DNA of 64,000 bases from Camelus dromedarius (lineage: Eukaryota). The notes beneath the pieces were generated by a model that saw only the letters and a program-made list of their open reading frames with translations, searched no databases and had not been told where the DNA came from. The stretch lies in contig NC_087447.1 in the NCBI RefSeq assembly GCF_036321535.1, forward strand, positions 33,854,001 through 33,918,000, read 5' to 3'. The translations under genes and the position numbers were made by a program. This document shows positions 37,940 through 51,000 of this stretch, one piece after another (the first letter of the stretch is position 1; the number at the start of each line of letters is the position of its first letter).

Positions 37940-38370
37940 TTCACTTATTCATTCAGTAACTATTTATTGAACATCTACTCCATGCCAGGTCCTGTGCTGG
38001 GTGTGAGGATACAGAAATGAGTCTGGAAGACATCCCCACAGCCAAGAGCTCACTCTCTGGGTGGGAGAATGAGACTATATACAAAGAACTCTAAGACAGA
38101 GTTTTAAAAAAATATCCACTGTGCCAAGAAAGAGGTGCAAATAAAACACTGTGGGAGTCCAAGAGAAAGAGAAACTAGTTCAATTTTGAAGCACAGAGAG
38201 GAGAAAGGATGGGACCAGGACAATCCTCTTGAATTGTGCCTTAACAGGGAAAGCCGGACTTGTCCTTGCAGAGAGTGGTTAGGGGAGGAAATGAGCTTCC
38301 AGGTGGAGAAACAGTCAAAGCTCAAAAGTGGGAGATCAAGGAACTGTCCAGGAACTGGCAACGTCACATG
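37940..38370 (-). mobile_element. LINE-2 3' fragment
   Basis: ttattcattcagtaactatttattgaacatctactccatgccaggtcctgtgctggg. Confidence 0.8.
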
Positions 38371-40129
38371 TGTCCATCCAATTTTCAAACAGGAATGAAT
38401 TCGGAAGGATGAGAACCTGCCTTACCCATAGCCTCGGCAGTTAGCAGCTTTGTCTGGAGCCAGCTTCCTGCTCTTGGTTAGATCCTGACAAGGCTTACCT
38501 CTTTCCGAAGTACATAGAGCTCCACCAGGAGTTCCGGGAACAACAACCCACATGAGACGTGGTCCTTGCCCTCCCAGGGCTCAGAGCCCTGCTGCTTTGT
38601 CTGCTTCTCTCCCAACACATAGAGTTAGCATCCCTTTTACTCTAAAAGTGATCGATAGATAGCATCACATATGATATAACCTACCTTAAGTACATAATTC
38701 CAAAAGAGCGATGTGATGCCCTACCAGTAATACAAAGGAGAAACAAAAGGGAAATAATTTATAACACAAAGCATGTATTTCCATATGTAAATGCTTGAGG
38801 AAGCTTACACTAGCAGTTATGAGAAGTCAAAAGTTTCCATCTACATACAGAATTATTGTAAATGCAATAACATTTATAAAAACAGCATATTATATAAAGA
38901 CAGCATATTATATAAAAACAGACAAACATAACTATATTTTGTTAGAAACTCGGGTACCACAAGCAGTATTTCCATCCGTGGACGTGATTTTCTGAAATGG
39001 TGAAAAACTCCTGGTCAAAGGTCAAGCTACCCAAAGTATAACTGGCCTTTTTTATTTTTTAACTGTGGTTGTTGCCTTTCTGGAAAATTCTCCTTATGTT
39101 AAACTGTGCAAAGATTACTTTGTGGTCTATATGTAAAACACAGTAAGCTTTCAGTCTTGGATAATTATAAACAAGGTTTTAACCTTAAATGTCTAGTGGA
39201 ACATCACAAAGTCTTTTGAGTGGTGGGATGATTATCCAGTTGTCTGGGACTGTCTTGTGCATTGTCCCTGCACAATAAATGACAGTGGTCCTCTCCAGTC
39301 AATGTGACTACAAGTCGCCACACACACATATTTCCAAAAGACCTCCTGGGGCACTGCCACCCCATTGAAAACCATTGGTTTAGAGTTTAGTTGAGGAGGG
39401 AAGGTTCACACCCCAGAAGACAATCAGGTTATAAGTAATCATCTATTAAAAGTCAAATCATTCAGAATAGGCATCAAGCACTATTCAAAAAAGAGCAAGA
39501 AAACCAGGGGTTCAAGTCATCAGGAAATTCTTTATTCCTAAGCATGATTTAAGAAAAAGTATAGACTTTGAAGTCAGCCCCGGTTTGACATCTATTCCTT
39601 GCATGAATTTGGATAAATACTTTAACTTCTCCAAGCCTCCTTCTGCCCACCTGTAGAATGGGAGTAATGACACCTACTTTGAAAGATAAGTAGAGAGGAT
39701 TAAATGAGATTTTGTCTCATTTAGTAAAGTATCTGGGAGAACAGCTGGTTCATGACAGATGCTCAACAGACAGTAGCTGTCATTGGTATAAAGGAAGAGC
39801 GACTTCTGCCGGCCTCTGAAAGATGGCAGAGTTGGGGAGGGAAGGTCGGCACAGCATGAGCGAAAGCCTAGAGGAAGGACTATCCGTGATGGGTTTTGCC
39901 GAAAGGAAATAGTTCAGTGAGGCTGTCAGAGAGGGGGAGAGTGGAGGCGCGATCAGCAAGGGGGCACCTTGAAGAGGGTGCAGTCTCGAATGTGTGGCTA
40001 AGGACGGAGGGGATTTATTCTTGTTGGCTAAGGGAGACAATGAACGTGGAGCAGTCTTGGACACAACCTAGGTTAGACCCAACTGCACACAAGACCACGG
40101 AGAGCCTCAGTCCCTACTGCTCTGAACAG

Positions 40130-40975
40130 CCGTGTTCTGCTCCGCATGCCTCTCCCACTGCTCCACCCCTCAGCTGAGGCAAACTGAGGTGGCCTTGGAC
40201 TGGGGAGCAGCCTGCCCACGAATCTGTGACTTATGCTCAAAAAGCCTGTTAGCAAAACTGAGCTGGGCCAATCCAGGTCCTTCTTTTGAGAATGAGAACA
40301 AAACAGTAGCTGCTCAACATGGATGGACCTAGAGATGATCATATTAAGTGAAGTCAGTCAGAGAAAGACAAATATAACATGATGTCACTTATATGTGGAA
40401 TCAAAAAAAAAAAAAGATGCAAATTTCATTTATAAACCAGAAATAGACTCACAGACATAGAAAACAATCTGGTTACCAGGTGGTGGGGGGTGGTAGATAG
40501 ATTAGGAGTCTGGGATGGACAGATACACATTACTATATATAAAACAGATAAACAACAAGGACCTGCTGTATAGCCCACGGAACTATATTCAATTCTTGTA
40601 ATGAGCTGTAATGGAAAAGGATCTGAAAAAATATGTATATGTAAAAAAAACCCCAACAAACCCAAACCAATAGCGGCTAGAGCTGAGCAGAAGGGTTTTG
40701 AGGCAGACCTGGGGCTGGGGAGTCTGCTTGGGACCACAGGCGCACTGAGCCTAGGAGGATGCCAGGGGGTAGAGAACGAGGAGACAGGACCAGACACAGA
40801 TGGAAGAAGCAACATCATTATGAGAAACTGTGTGGTCCCTAAGAGAGGGACCAAGAGAGCAGCCACCTGAGGGACCTGTGGTTTTCTGGTTCCAGATTCC
40901 GTTTATGCTCATCCTTACAAAAACTCCCCTTTCCTTCAGATTAGTCGAGTGGTTTATGACTCCTAGTTATCCAAA
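40130..40975 (+). mobile_element. LTR33-like ERVL LTR split by L1
   Basis: ctgggccaatccaggtccttc; 3' part ctcccctttcc...ttagtcgagtggttt...ccaaa. Confidence 0.5.
40315..40662 (+). mobile_element. LINE-1 3' UTR fragment
   Basis: caacatggatggacctagagatgatcatattaagtgaagt...ggaactatattcaa; degenerate TSD aaacagtagctgct/aaccaatagcggct. Confidence 0.9.
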
Positions 40976-42547
40976 CTGCTCTACACACAGTGGTGCTTAT
41001 CTTTTCTTGGGGTTCTTGGATAAAGTGATTTCGATCCTTCAAAAAGTCTCATGGATATTAATATCTTAATTTTGGATATAGCCTAGTAGTGGAGGGGGTC
41101 TGTCAAGTTATAATCTGTGACACTATAAGAAAGATGAAGAACGGATTCTAACTGAAGAATGTGATAATCAGCCATATGTTTAATGTCCCTTCTCACAACA
41201 AAATTCCTACTAAAATTATCAAAGATAATCAACTGTTATAGGGGAAAAAAAATCCATTTTTACCACTAGGAGCTAGGGGAATGGTGCCATTCATGTGCTA
41301 GCAATTTTAAGAAATGTCTGCAGATTATAATACAAGCAGTATTGTATTTCTGGAGGGTCCACCATTATGCCAGATGAAAAAAAGATTGCCTGAGTTGTAA
41401 ATGGAAGAAATCCCAGTGGAATCAAGACAGGACCCCTAGCTTGCAGCCTTTCTTGGGGGAAATCAGTGAAGGGAGTCAACTTTCAAGCTTCCTAAAGCGT
41501 CTAGAAGGGTTGAGTGCCACAATCTAATCTATGGCTAGTATTTTAGGCATTTTAATCAGAAATAAGCACTAAATTTTATCAAGTACATTTTCAGTATCCA
41601 CTGATTAAGATAATTATGTTTTTTCTTACTTAACCTTTTGCTATAACATATTTTATTTATATATATTTCCTATAGCAAACTGTTCTTGCATTCCTGTTAT
41701 ACATATTACTTGATCTAAAGGTACTACTGAATTCTGTGTACTAGCAGAAAATTATCCATTCTTTACCTCTTCCTGGAGCCACGTGAATCTCTCACCTTGA
41801 CTCCTTTGTCCATGTTTATTCTACTCTTCCTCTTTATAGATTAGTTTCCTCTGCTAACCTTTCAGTTTCTACTTTCCCCAAATTCTACCTGCATGAGGCT
41901 TTGGGTAGCTATGTTGATTACCCTACATGCCTACAGCGCCAGTGACCAACACTGTGGGTTGACTCAATCTCTGCCTAAATTTCAGCTTCCAGGAGAGAGA
42001 TTCTAATCGGCTAAGCAAGACCTAGGTGTCTGTATCCGTCTAAGCAGCTGTGAGCAGGCTGGAGTCATGCAGTCCTTTGGGTTCCTTCTTGTAGGCTGTA
42101 AATAAGATAGTTTTCAAAGATGGATATCTTTGGGGAGGAAATGGTGATGCTATGACATGGGGAAGCACAGAGTTAAGGGAATTTCTCTCTACCCTTTGAA
42201 GGTTTGGGCTGCAGTCCATAGTCCCATGAAAATGTCTTTAGGATATAAAATACCATGATAGCCATAGAAATACCATCAACAAGATGCTCCAATTATCCAT
42301 CTGCTTTTTAAGTCACTGTTTCAGATGTGTGCTAGCCTCAAAGGATGGAGATCAAGCTATGTGGTTAGCCACTTAGTCATGACACATACTGTGCAAGATT
42401 CCCTACGCTGCTAAAAATTAGCATCTCCTCTCCATTCCCCATGGGCATTCTCAGAATATCAGGGTCCATAGTCAGCCAATGATCAAGGTCAGAGTCTCTC
42501 CACAATGGAGAAGTGCAAATAGCAATCACCTTTCTTTTCTATTCTTT

Positions 42548-43015
42548 GTTTTTTAACTGAAGTATAATTGACCCATAACACTATGTTAGTTCCAGGTGCA
42601 CAAAATAGAGATTCAATATTGCTATACATCACAAAACAATCACCATGGTAAGTCTTCTTACTATCTGTCACCATACAAAGTTACTACAGTGTTATTGACT
42701 ATATTCCCCATGCTTTGAGTCTCATTCCTATGACTTATTTATTTTATTAACTAGTAGTTTGTACCTCTTAATCTCCCTCACCTGTTTCACTCATCCCCTC
42801 GCCCCCTTGCCCCCTTGCCCTAGGAACCACCTGTTTGTTCCCTGTATCTATGAGTCTGCTTCTGTTTTGTTATATTTGTTCATTTGTTTTGTCTTTTAGA
42901 TTCCACAGAATAAATGATATGATATGGTCTTTGTCGTTCTCTGTCTGACTTATTTCACTTAACATAATACTCTCCAGGTCCATCCATGTCATTGTGAATG
43001 GTAAGACTTCTTTTT
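42548..43015 (-). mobile_element. LINE-1 3' UTR, older (L1MA9-like) subfamily
   Basis: Reverse L1 3' end: ctgaagtataattgac...tctgacttatttcacttaacataatactctccaggtccatccatg. Confidence 0.88.
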
Positions 43016-43327
43016 CTAATTTTCTTTCTTTGGGTTTTTTGTTTTGCAATCCCCTTTTTGAACTTTCTAGGGCTCCAATCTTCTAGCAACATGCATAGAC
43101 ACACATAGGAACCAATGTGTTGATTTGGATTAATCAGCTGTGTTGAGGCAGGAAAGAAAACTGTAGTTTTCTGCATAAAGTCCACCTGGGGCTGATGGTT
43201 GAAAAGGTCTTCAGACTCTTCAAGGGTCCCCTAGTGGCCTGAGGGGGCAAAGCCATCTCAAGGCCTATCTTATTTTTGAGGAGCAGCTCACAATGGAGGA
43301 GAATATGGTTAATTGGTTGGTGGGGTG

Positions 43328-44020
43328 TTTTTTTTTTTTTTTTTTTTACCATTTGGGTATCATACAAAAGTTTAATACATATCAAGTTACAATGGTAGAG
43401 CTAGAAAAAGTAACCTAAATACAGTAAATTTAAATATTTGTTGTACATATTGTTATAACAACAGTTGATCAAAATTCAAGTTGAACAGTTAAGAAAAAAA
43501 CACACATTTCCTTCATTCTGGAATTCTACGCTGTATTCTAATTATTGTGACAATAGAGCCTTCAAAAGCCACAAAGTGGACTAAATTTTTAAAAATTTAT
43601 TATCGAGAGCCCCTAATGCCAAGTTTATATCATCTTAGTTTCCAAAGTGTCTATAACCTATTGCTTTATTTCTAAAAACTCTAATTACTCTGGGATAGAG
43701 TTTGGGCCTGAAAAAAAAAGATAAATTTCAGTTTTTGTCTCAAAATACTTTTTTTAAAAAAATTCTTCTTTAAGTCTTTAAAGGTCCAGGTTGTGGTTAA
43801 CTTGAGAGAGCACCAGGGTTGATTGACAGTATCTGTCAGAGGCAATGAACTCCACTTCAACGTGGCCTTTATGCTGGTGTGTCAGGTTGTTCAACTGTGA
43901 CCCTTCCATCTGTTCCAGCTAATCTGAAAGTCATTTAGATCCGCTTCCCCATTCACTTGAAACACAGCACATTCCCCTGTTAACACACATATGCAAAGTT
44001 GTCCGCTGTCAGCAACCTAC
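43328..44020 (-). pseudogene. 5'-truncated processed retrocopy, 3'UTR-like sequence only, parent unidentified
   Basis: T20 at 43328-43347; ATTAAA on minus strand (43371-43376) 23 nt from the tail; approximate TSD gggtgttttt/gggttttttt (44021-44030) followed by ga; body not recognised as a repeat. Confidence 0.7.
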
Positions 44021-44354
44021 GGGTTTTTTTGAAAAGTCTCACTTACAACATCTGTATAAACATTTACACAACAGAAAGTCCATTTATTGACTATTATTGC
44101 CTCCCTAAGTTAATTTTTTCAGGCATTTCTAAGTAAAGGGTCATTTAAAATAGACATTTAGTGGTTTGCCTCCCCAAATTAATTGTTAAGCAGCAATGGT
44201 CACTTGGCTTTGACATTTCTAAAAAAATATCATTCTGTGTTGTGTCTTAAGATTTCTTGAGAATTCATTATCTTATATTCAAGGATTCGGTTACAACTGA
44301 AAATCTCTCTTTTTAAGCAAGTTAGGGAGGAAGCAGTCAAGTTCATCAGGTCTA

Positions 44355-44450
44355 CTAAATTAGAACCCCTGGGGTGGGGCTCTGGGAATCTATATATTCA
44401 AAAGTCCTCTAAGTGATTTGAGAATCAACCAGGTTCAGAAACAACTGGTC
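44355..44450. mobile_element. MER5B-like MITE fragment
   Basis: ggggtggggctctgggaatctatatatt...gtgatt...ccaggttcagaaacaactg. Confidence 0.6.
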
Positions 44451-46214
44451 TGATTTACTTACATGTCACTAAGATGTCTTAGTAATGCAGGATTCTGCTT
44501 TCTTATTTGTATGACTCGTATGATCCTATTAAATAAATTACTTAGCTAAAGGTGAAAATAAAGTATAGTAAAACAAAGAAATGGGAAGGTTTATTTTGAG
44601 TGACTTACACAGATGTTTCCTTGCATCATGTGTAAATTAAAACTGCATTTGGATATAACACAATAGGAATACTCATCTTATGCTAAAAGAATTAGGACCT
44701 CCTTCAGTCCAGAACATTAAAAAAAAAAAAAAGTCACTTTGCTTTATTTTAAGCTGGTCCCTTCTCTGTACTCTGCCTAGATCTACACTGTGTTTCACAG
44801 GTCTGGCCTCAACCCTGACATTGAATCTCCATGTGACTTTGAATGAGTTACTTCTCCTCTCTGAGACTTAGTTTGTATGAGAGAATTAGGATGATTTCTA
44901 AAGTCCCTCTGAGCTCTGACAGTCTCTGGCACCTAAAACGAGTTCTATACGTCCTTTCCTCCTGATTAAACCCCCTCCAGCCTAGAACGTTATCTCCAAC
45001 AGACACAATCCAACAGACACAATTAGGGGACCATGAATGTACCAACTTATGAGGGCACTTCAGGAAAGCATTTCGGAGGTTTAGGAGCTTAAGGGACAGC
45101 CCTATGTGAAATGTTCCTAGAATTTAAATTTACATCCCTAGCTTCAAAAAGTTTTTTTTACTGATCTATTCACAAAATGTGCCACTCTCTCCTTTGAGGT
45201 TATATTTCCAAACTTGAAAGTTTCTTTTTGTTGCATTTGCTGCATTTGTCCTCCCAAACCCCCATCTCCTCTTCATTCTTGTCTCTAACCCTCTTGGTGT
45301 GGTTGAAAGGACAGATAGGATGCCTGATGAGTTATGTCATCTTGAACAAATCACTAATCGTCTCAAGTTTTAGTTTTTTTCATCTGTAAGATGGAAATAA
45401 TATCCACCTGAGTACAAAGGGAAATAAGTCTTAAGAACAGAAGATGGTAAGTGAGAGATAAGCACTGTCTAAACCGTAACTGGTTGTCCAGATGTCATTA
45501 TTATTAGCTTTGTTATAGTTATTAGTTCTCCTCTGTATCACTGTATCACTACTGTGAATAAAGTACCATCTAATAAATTACTGGTTTTGGACACTCTATG
45601 GAGTAAAATGGAGGGGAATTGAGAACACGTGTATTGAAAGCTTTTGAACTTTTGGTACAATAATTTTACATCTAAGAGTGGATCAAGCTATGTATCCTAT
45701 GTTTGTACAAAGATGTTCATCAAAGCAGGTCTATAATAGCCCATATCAAAACCAATCCAATGTCCATGAGTAAATCATTATCTAGTCATCATTGATGCAA
45801 CCTTGTAAATCAACGGTATTTCAATTTTGTTTGTTTGTTTGTTTGTTTGTTTTTTTGTTTTTGTATTTCAATTTTTTAAAAAAAAATGTTTAAAAATGGT
45901 TTGGTTTCCAAGGCCTTTGTCTACAGTAGCCAGATGCGTGAAAAGGTAAAGTCTTGAGCTCACCCAAGAAAAGATGCAAGCTGGACATGAGTCTTTGCAC
46001 TACACCCTCAGTGAAACTGGACCAGGAAAAAAAATCCATCCTATGAGATACCAAGGAATCTTGTGATGGCCTTACACTCTGGCTAGAAATTTTTTAAATT
46101 ATTCTTATGAAATTTCTCAGTCACAGATTTGCTTCACATAAGTTTGGCACTGAAAATATTCCACTTAATTTGGAATGCCCAATCCAAGAAATTAATATTA
46201 AAAAAGTGATTCCA

Positions 46215-46560
46215 GGAGGGGAGGCATGAATAGGCAGGGCAGAGAGGATTTTTAGGAGAGTGAAAGTACTCTGTATGCTACTATACCAATGGATCTATGC
46301 CACCATACATCTGTCCCATGGAATGCACAAAACCAAGAATGAACCCTAGGGGAAACTATGGACTTTGGGTGATTATGAAGTATCAATGTAGCTTTATCCT
46401 TGGTAAAAAAAAAAAAAAAAAAGTGGCGATTCTGATTAGTGGTGTTAATAATGGGGGAGGCTCTGCATGTGTTGGGGCAGAGGGTGTATGAGAAATTTGT
46501 ATAACTTCTCAATTATGTTCCAAACCTAAAAGCTGCTCTGAAAAAAGTAATTTTAAAACA
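46215..46560 (+). mobile_element. L1MC1-like 3' end
   Basis: atgaataggcag...gaggatttttagg...aactatggactttgggtgattatg. Confidence 0.8.
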
Positions 46561-46899
46561 AGAAAAACTTACATTATTAGTAATAAATTGTGAAACCAAA
46601 GGAATTTTCTTTTAAACAATCGATAAAAAAAGTAAAACAATTCTGATCAACTTATGCTAGAGGACAGACTGGATTATCTTTCAGTGTTCTCTAAATAAAA
46701 TGACAACTTTAAAATTAAAAGAAAAGGAGAGAGAAGCTGAGAGATAGCCCTGTGTGACCAAATAGTCAAACAAAGCATAAGCCTTAACGAGAGGAATGTA
46801 AATGGTAAGGGAACACATACTGAAACCAGCAAGAAACTGAATCAGGAGTTACTGGACTCTTTCTGGTGCCCTCAGGTCATGAGAGAAATTGCTTCATGC

Positions 46900-47100
46900 C
46901 AGTGGATCTCACTGGAGACAATTTTGCCCCCAGGGGCCATTTGGCAATGTCTGGAGATATTTTGATTATCATAGTCTTGGGTGGGAGCAGGGGGGCGACA
47001 CCTCACTGGCATCCAGTTGGTAGAGGCCAGGGATGCAGCTTTACATCCTTCAATGCACAGGACAGCCCACACCACAAAGAATGTCAACAGTGCAAAATGT
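46900..47100 (+). mobile_element. MER20 MITE
   Basis: attttgcccccaggggccatttggcaatgtctggagatatttt...gtagaggccagggatgc. Confidence 0.85.
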
Positions 47101-47953
47101 GAAGTGAGGGGGCTATTCCAACTGAGTGGTTAGGAAAGAGATCTGAGGAGATGACAATATGGTGAAACCTGAGGAACAGCCTTGCCAGGAAGATCTGAGG
47201 GCAGAGCAGGCCGATCAGGGGAAAGAGCAGGAGCAAAGGTGCTGAGGTGGGAACCAGCTCCGTGCAGTGGAGGGACAGAAACCAGGCAAGTCCTGCTTCC
47301 CTTTGCCTAGTCCACCATGAATTTGCTGGACATAAATATGAACTAAAACAGACATGTAAAATTCTTAATAGGACCTTAGCAATCATCTGGTCCAACCCTT
47401 CATTTTACAAATGGGAAACTGAGTCTCAGGTAGTCATGGTAAGGCCACATAATAAGTCAGTGGTTGAAAACAGATCTGGCTTCCAGATCTGTACTATTCT
47501 TGGGTATTCTGGTTCAACCTGCACTGATTTTCTTTTCTATTCTAAAGCCTACGTAACATTTCTCTAAATAAAACTTGCCATGTAAGTACTTTATGTATGT
47601 AATTTTAATTATGTTTTCTTATAAAAAGTATACTGCATTATCTATTTATCACCATAATCCTCTAAAGGAGGTAAGAGTTTACAGATGATGGCTTGGAGAT
47701 GCAGAGAGGTGAGCATCTAGCCCAATTCGACAGAGAGAGGCTGGCTTTGAGTTCCTCTCCTGTGCAACATGACTTCCTGGTTAGATATCTTCTAAAAGTC
47801 ACCTGAGTGGTTAGCCAGCTGAAGCCTTCTGTAATTGTGGACGGAAGAAAGAGGGCCCACAGCTGACCAACACAAGCCCTCCACATTTTATTCCATGTAG
47901 AAAGAGACTACTTTCCAAACGTTATGTGTAGTCAGTGCCTCCTGCGGTGTGGG

Positions 47954-49448
47954 TTTTTTTCTGCCCAGGTTTATTGCGATATAGTTGGCAAATAAAATTG
48001 TATATTTAGGGTGTACAACATAATTTAAGATGTGTATACACTGTGAAATGATTGCCACAATAGAGTTAATTAACATATCTATCATGTCCCACAGTTATGT
48101 GTGTATGGTATGTTTAAATCAATTTTGTTTTATAAATTTTCATGCTTTTTTTTCAGTTGCTTACAGGTTTATAATTGTTATATCATCCTGGTAAATTCTA
48201 TAGTGAAACTCTATCACTACCTAATTATATTTTCTGTACTAAAGCCTGAGTGGTCTAAAATAAAATGGATATATTTCTGTGGTTAAAAAAAAGATTTACT
48301 CTCTTAGCAAATTTCAAGCAGTACAGTATTATTAACTACAGGCACCATGATGCACAGTAGATCCTCAGAACTTACTCATCTTGTAACTAGAAGTTTGTAC
48401 CCTTTGACCAATATCTCCTCATTTCTACCCTCCCCCCAAAACCCAGCCCCTGGCAACTATCATTCTACCCTCTGGTTCTCTGAGTTCAACTTTTTAAGAT
48501 TCTACATATAAGTGAGATAATACAGTGTTTGTCTTTCTCTGTCTGGTTTATTTCACATAGCATAATGTCCTCCAGTTTCATCACATTGCCCTAAATGGCA
48601 AGACTTCCTTCTTTTTTATGACTGAATAAGATTTCATTGTGTACATGCCACATTTTCTTGATCCATTCATCTGTCAATGAACACTTAGGTTGTTCCCTTA
48701 TCTTGGCTATTGTGAATAATGCTGCAGTAGGAATGCAGTTATCTCTTTAAGATACTGATTTCATTTCCTTTGTTCATGTCCAGAAGTTATGCTGGCTCAT
48801 ATCATAACTCTGTTTTCAATTTCTTGAGGAAACTTAATACTGCTTTCCATAATGGCAATACCAATTTACCATCCCACTAACAATGTACAAAGGTTCCCAT
48901 TTTCTCCATACCCTCACCAACACTTGTTATCTCTTGTCTTTCTGATAATAGTCATCCAAATGGGTGTGAGGTTTATGGCTTTGATTTGTATTTCCCTAAC
49001 AATTAACAATGTTGAGTACCTTTTCACATACTTGTTGGCTATTTGCATTTCTTCTTTGGAGAAATGTCTATTCAGGCTCTTTGCCCTTTTCATTGAGTTG
49101 TTTGCTTTTTGCTATTGAGTTGTATGACTTCCTTAGATATTTTATATGTTAACCCCTTTTCAGATATATGGTCTGCAAATATACTCTCCCATTCTGTAGG
49201 TAGCCTTTTCATTATGTTAATTGTTTCCTTTGCTGTACAGAGCCTTTTAGTTTGATGTAGTCCCACCTGTTTATTTTTGCTTTTATTGCCTATGCTTTTG
49301 GTATGATATCCAAAATATCATTGCCTTTTCCCCTGTTTTCTTCTAAGAGTTTTATGGTTCCAGGTATTACATTTATGTTAATCTATTTCAAGTTAATTTT
49401 TGCATATGGCATAAGATAAGGGTCCAATTTCATTCTTTTGCATACAGA
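47954..49448 (-). mobile_element. LINE-1 3' segment (ORF2 C-terminus plus 3' UTR) of an inverted L1
   Basis: T-run at 47954, then reverse L1MA8/9-like 3' UTR and ORF2 to gggtccaatttcattcttttgcat. Confidence 0.93.
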
Positions 49449-50465
49449 TCCCTAGGATGCAAGGATGGCTCAACATATGCAAATCAATAAATGTTATATA
49501 CCACATTAGCAGAATAAATGATAAAAATCACATGACCATCTCAATTGATGCAGAAAAAGCATTTGAAAATTCAACATCTTTTCACAATAAAAACAAAAAA
49601 TTAGGTACAGAAGGAACATATCTCAACATGATAAAGGCCATATATGACAAACCCACAGCTAACATCATAACCAACAGTGAAAAGCTAAAAGCTTTCCTTC
49701 TAAGATCAGGAACAAAACAAAGGTATCCAGTTTTACCACTTCCATTCAACATAGTACTGGAATTCTGTATGTATTTAAATGTTGAGCTACCATGTCTGTA
49801 CACCTGAAACTAAGATAATATTGTACATCAACTACTTTAAAAAATCCATAGTATTGGAAGTTCTAGCCAGAACAATTAGGCAAGAAAAAGAAATAAAAGG
49901 CAACCAAATCGGAAAAGAAGAAGTTAAATTATTCTGTTTGCAGATGACATGATCTTACATATAGAAAACCCTAAGGACTCCACTGAAACTTTGTTAGAGC
50001 TAATAAATGAATTCAGTAAAGTTGCAGGATACAAAACCAACATATAAAAATCAGTTGTGTTTCTGTATACTAAGAACAAACTAACCAAAAAAGAAATTTT
50101 TTAAAAATCCTTTTTACATTTACATCCCCCCCAAAAAATATTTAGGAATTAATTTAATCAAAAAGGTAAAAGATCTGTACACTGAAGACTTTAAGACTTT
50201 GATGAAAGAAACTGAAGAGAATATAAATAAATGGAAAGATCTCGTGTTCATGGATTAGAAAAATTAATACTGTTAAAATGTCCATACTACCCAAAGTGAT
50301 CTAAGATTCAATGCAATTCCTGTAAAAATTCCAACGGTATTTTTCACAGAAATACAAAAAAAAATCCTAAAATTCATATGGAATCACAAAAGATCCCAAA
50401 TAACCAAATGATTCTTGAGAAAGAACGAAGCTATATGCATCAGACTTCCTGATTTCAAACTGTAT
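49449..50465 (+). mobile_element. LINE-1 ORF2 reverse-transcriptase segment, inverted 5' part, decayed
   Basis: [14 protein letters not shown]...[13 protein letters not shown] catalytic motif tttgcagatgac at 49937-49948. Confidence 0.95.
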
Positions 50466-50739
50466 CCGATGAGGCCCAAAGCTAGTACTTTCCTAAATTT
50501 TTAAGTTTAGGGGTAGTAAACTAGTAATTTCCTTTTTTTCTTTTTTTAATTCTGTCTAAGTTGGATTTCTCTCTCTTGGAAAACAACAACGACAATATAT
50601 TCGTATATTTGAAGGCAGATCTCCTGTCCTGTGCCCCAGGGACAGTCATTTTCATATGCCATAGTTCCAGAGCTCCACTGTACTGCTCCTCTTCCTTTGG
50701 GAGGTCTGCCAGAATATGCTCCCATCCTACAATTGTAAG

Positions 50740-51000
50740 TACTACCATAATAGCCAAGAGGTATTAAGCACTGACTATTAGCCAGGCATTGTGCTAAACT
50801 CTTTACTGGCCTTATCTCATTTAATCCTCACAACAACGCTATACAGGTGAGTACTATTATCTCCATTTTACAGATGAGAAGACTATTGCTTTGAAGATTA
50901 AATAACTTTCCTAGGGTTATGTAGCTATTAAGTGATAGGTCTGGGATTCATATCTCGATCTAACTGAATTCATACTATATTCACCACTACATAATACTGC
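50740..51000 (-). mobile_element. MIR SINE
   Basis: atctcatttaatcctcacaacaac...ccattttacagatgagaagact. Confidence 0.9.

Noticed and set aside
38882..38916. 18-bp direct repeat acagcatattatataaa (similar duplications at 24024 and ~59558) as a CRISPR-like array
   Set aside because: Only 2-3 adjacent units with no spacers; ordinary slippage duplications in eukaryotic DNA.
38640..39200. Possible Charlie-type DNA transposon fragment
   Set aside because: Resemblance is vague and I could not locate TIRs or a TSD, so it is not listed as a feature.
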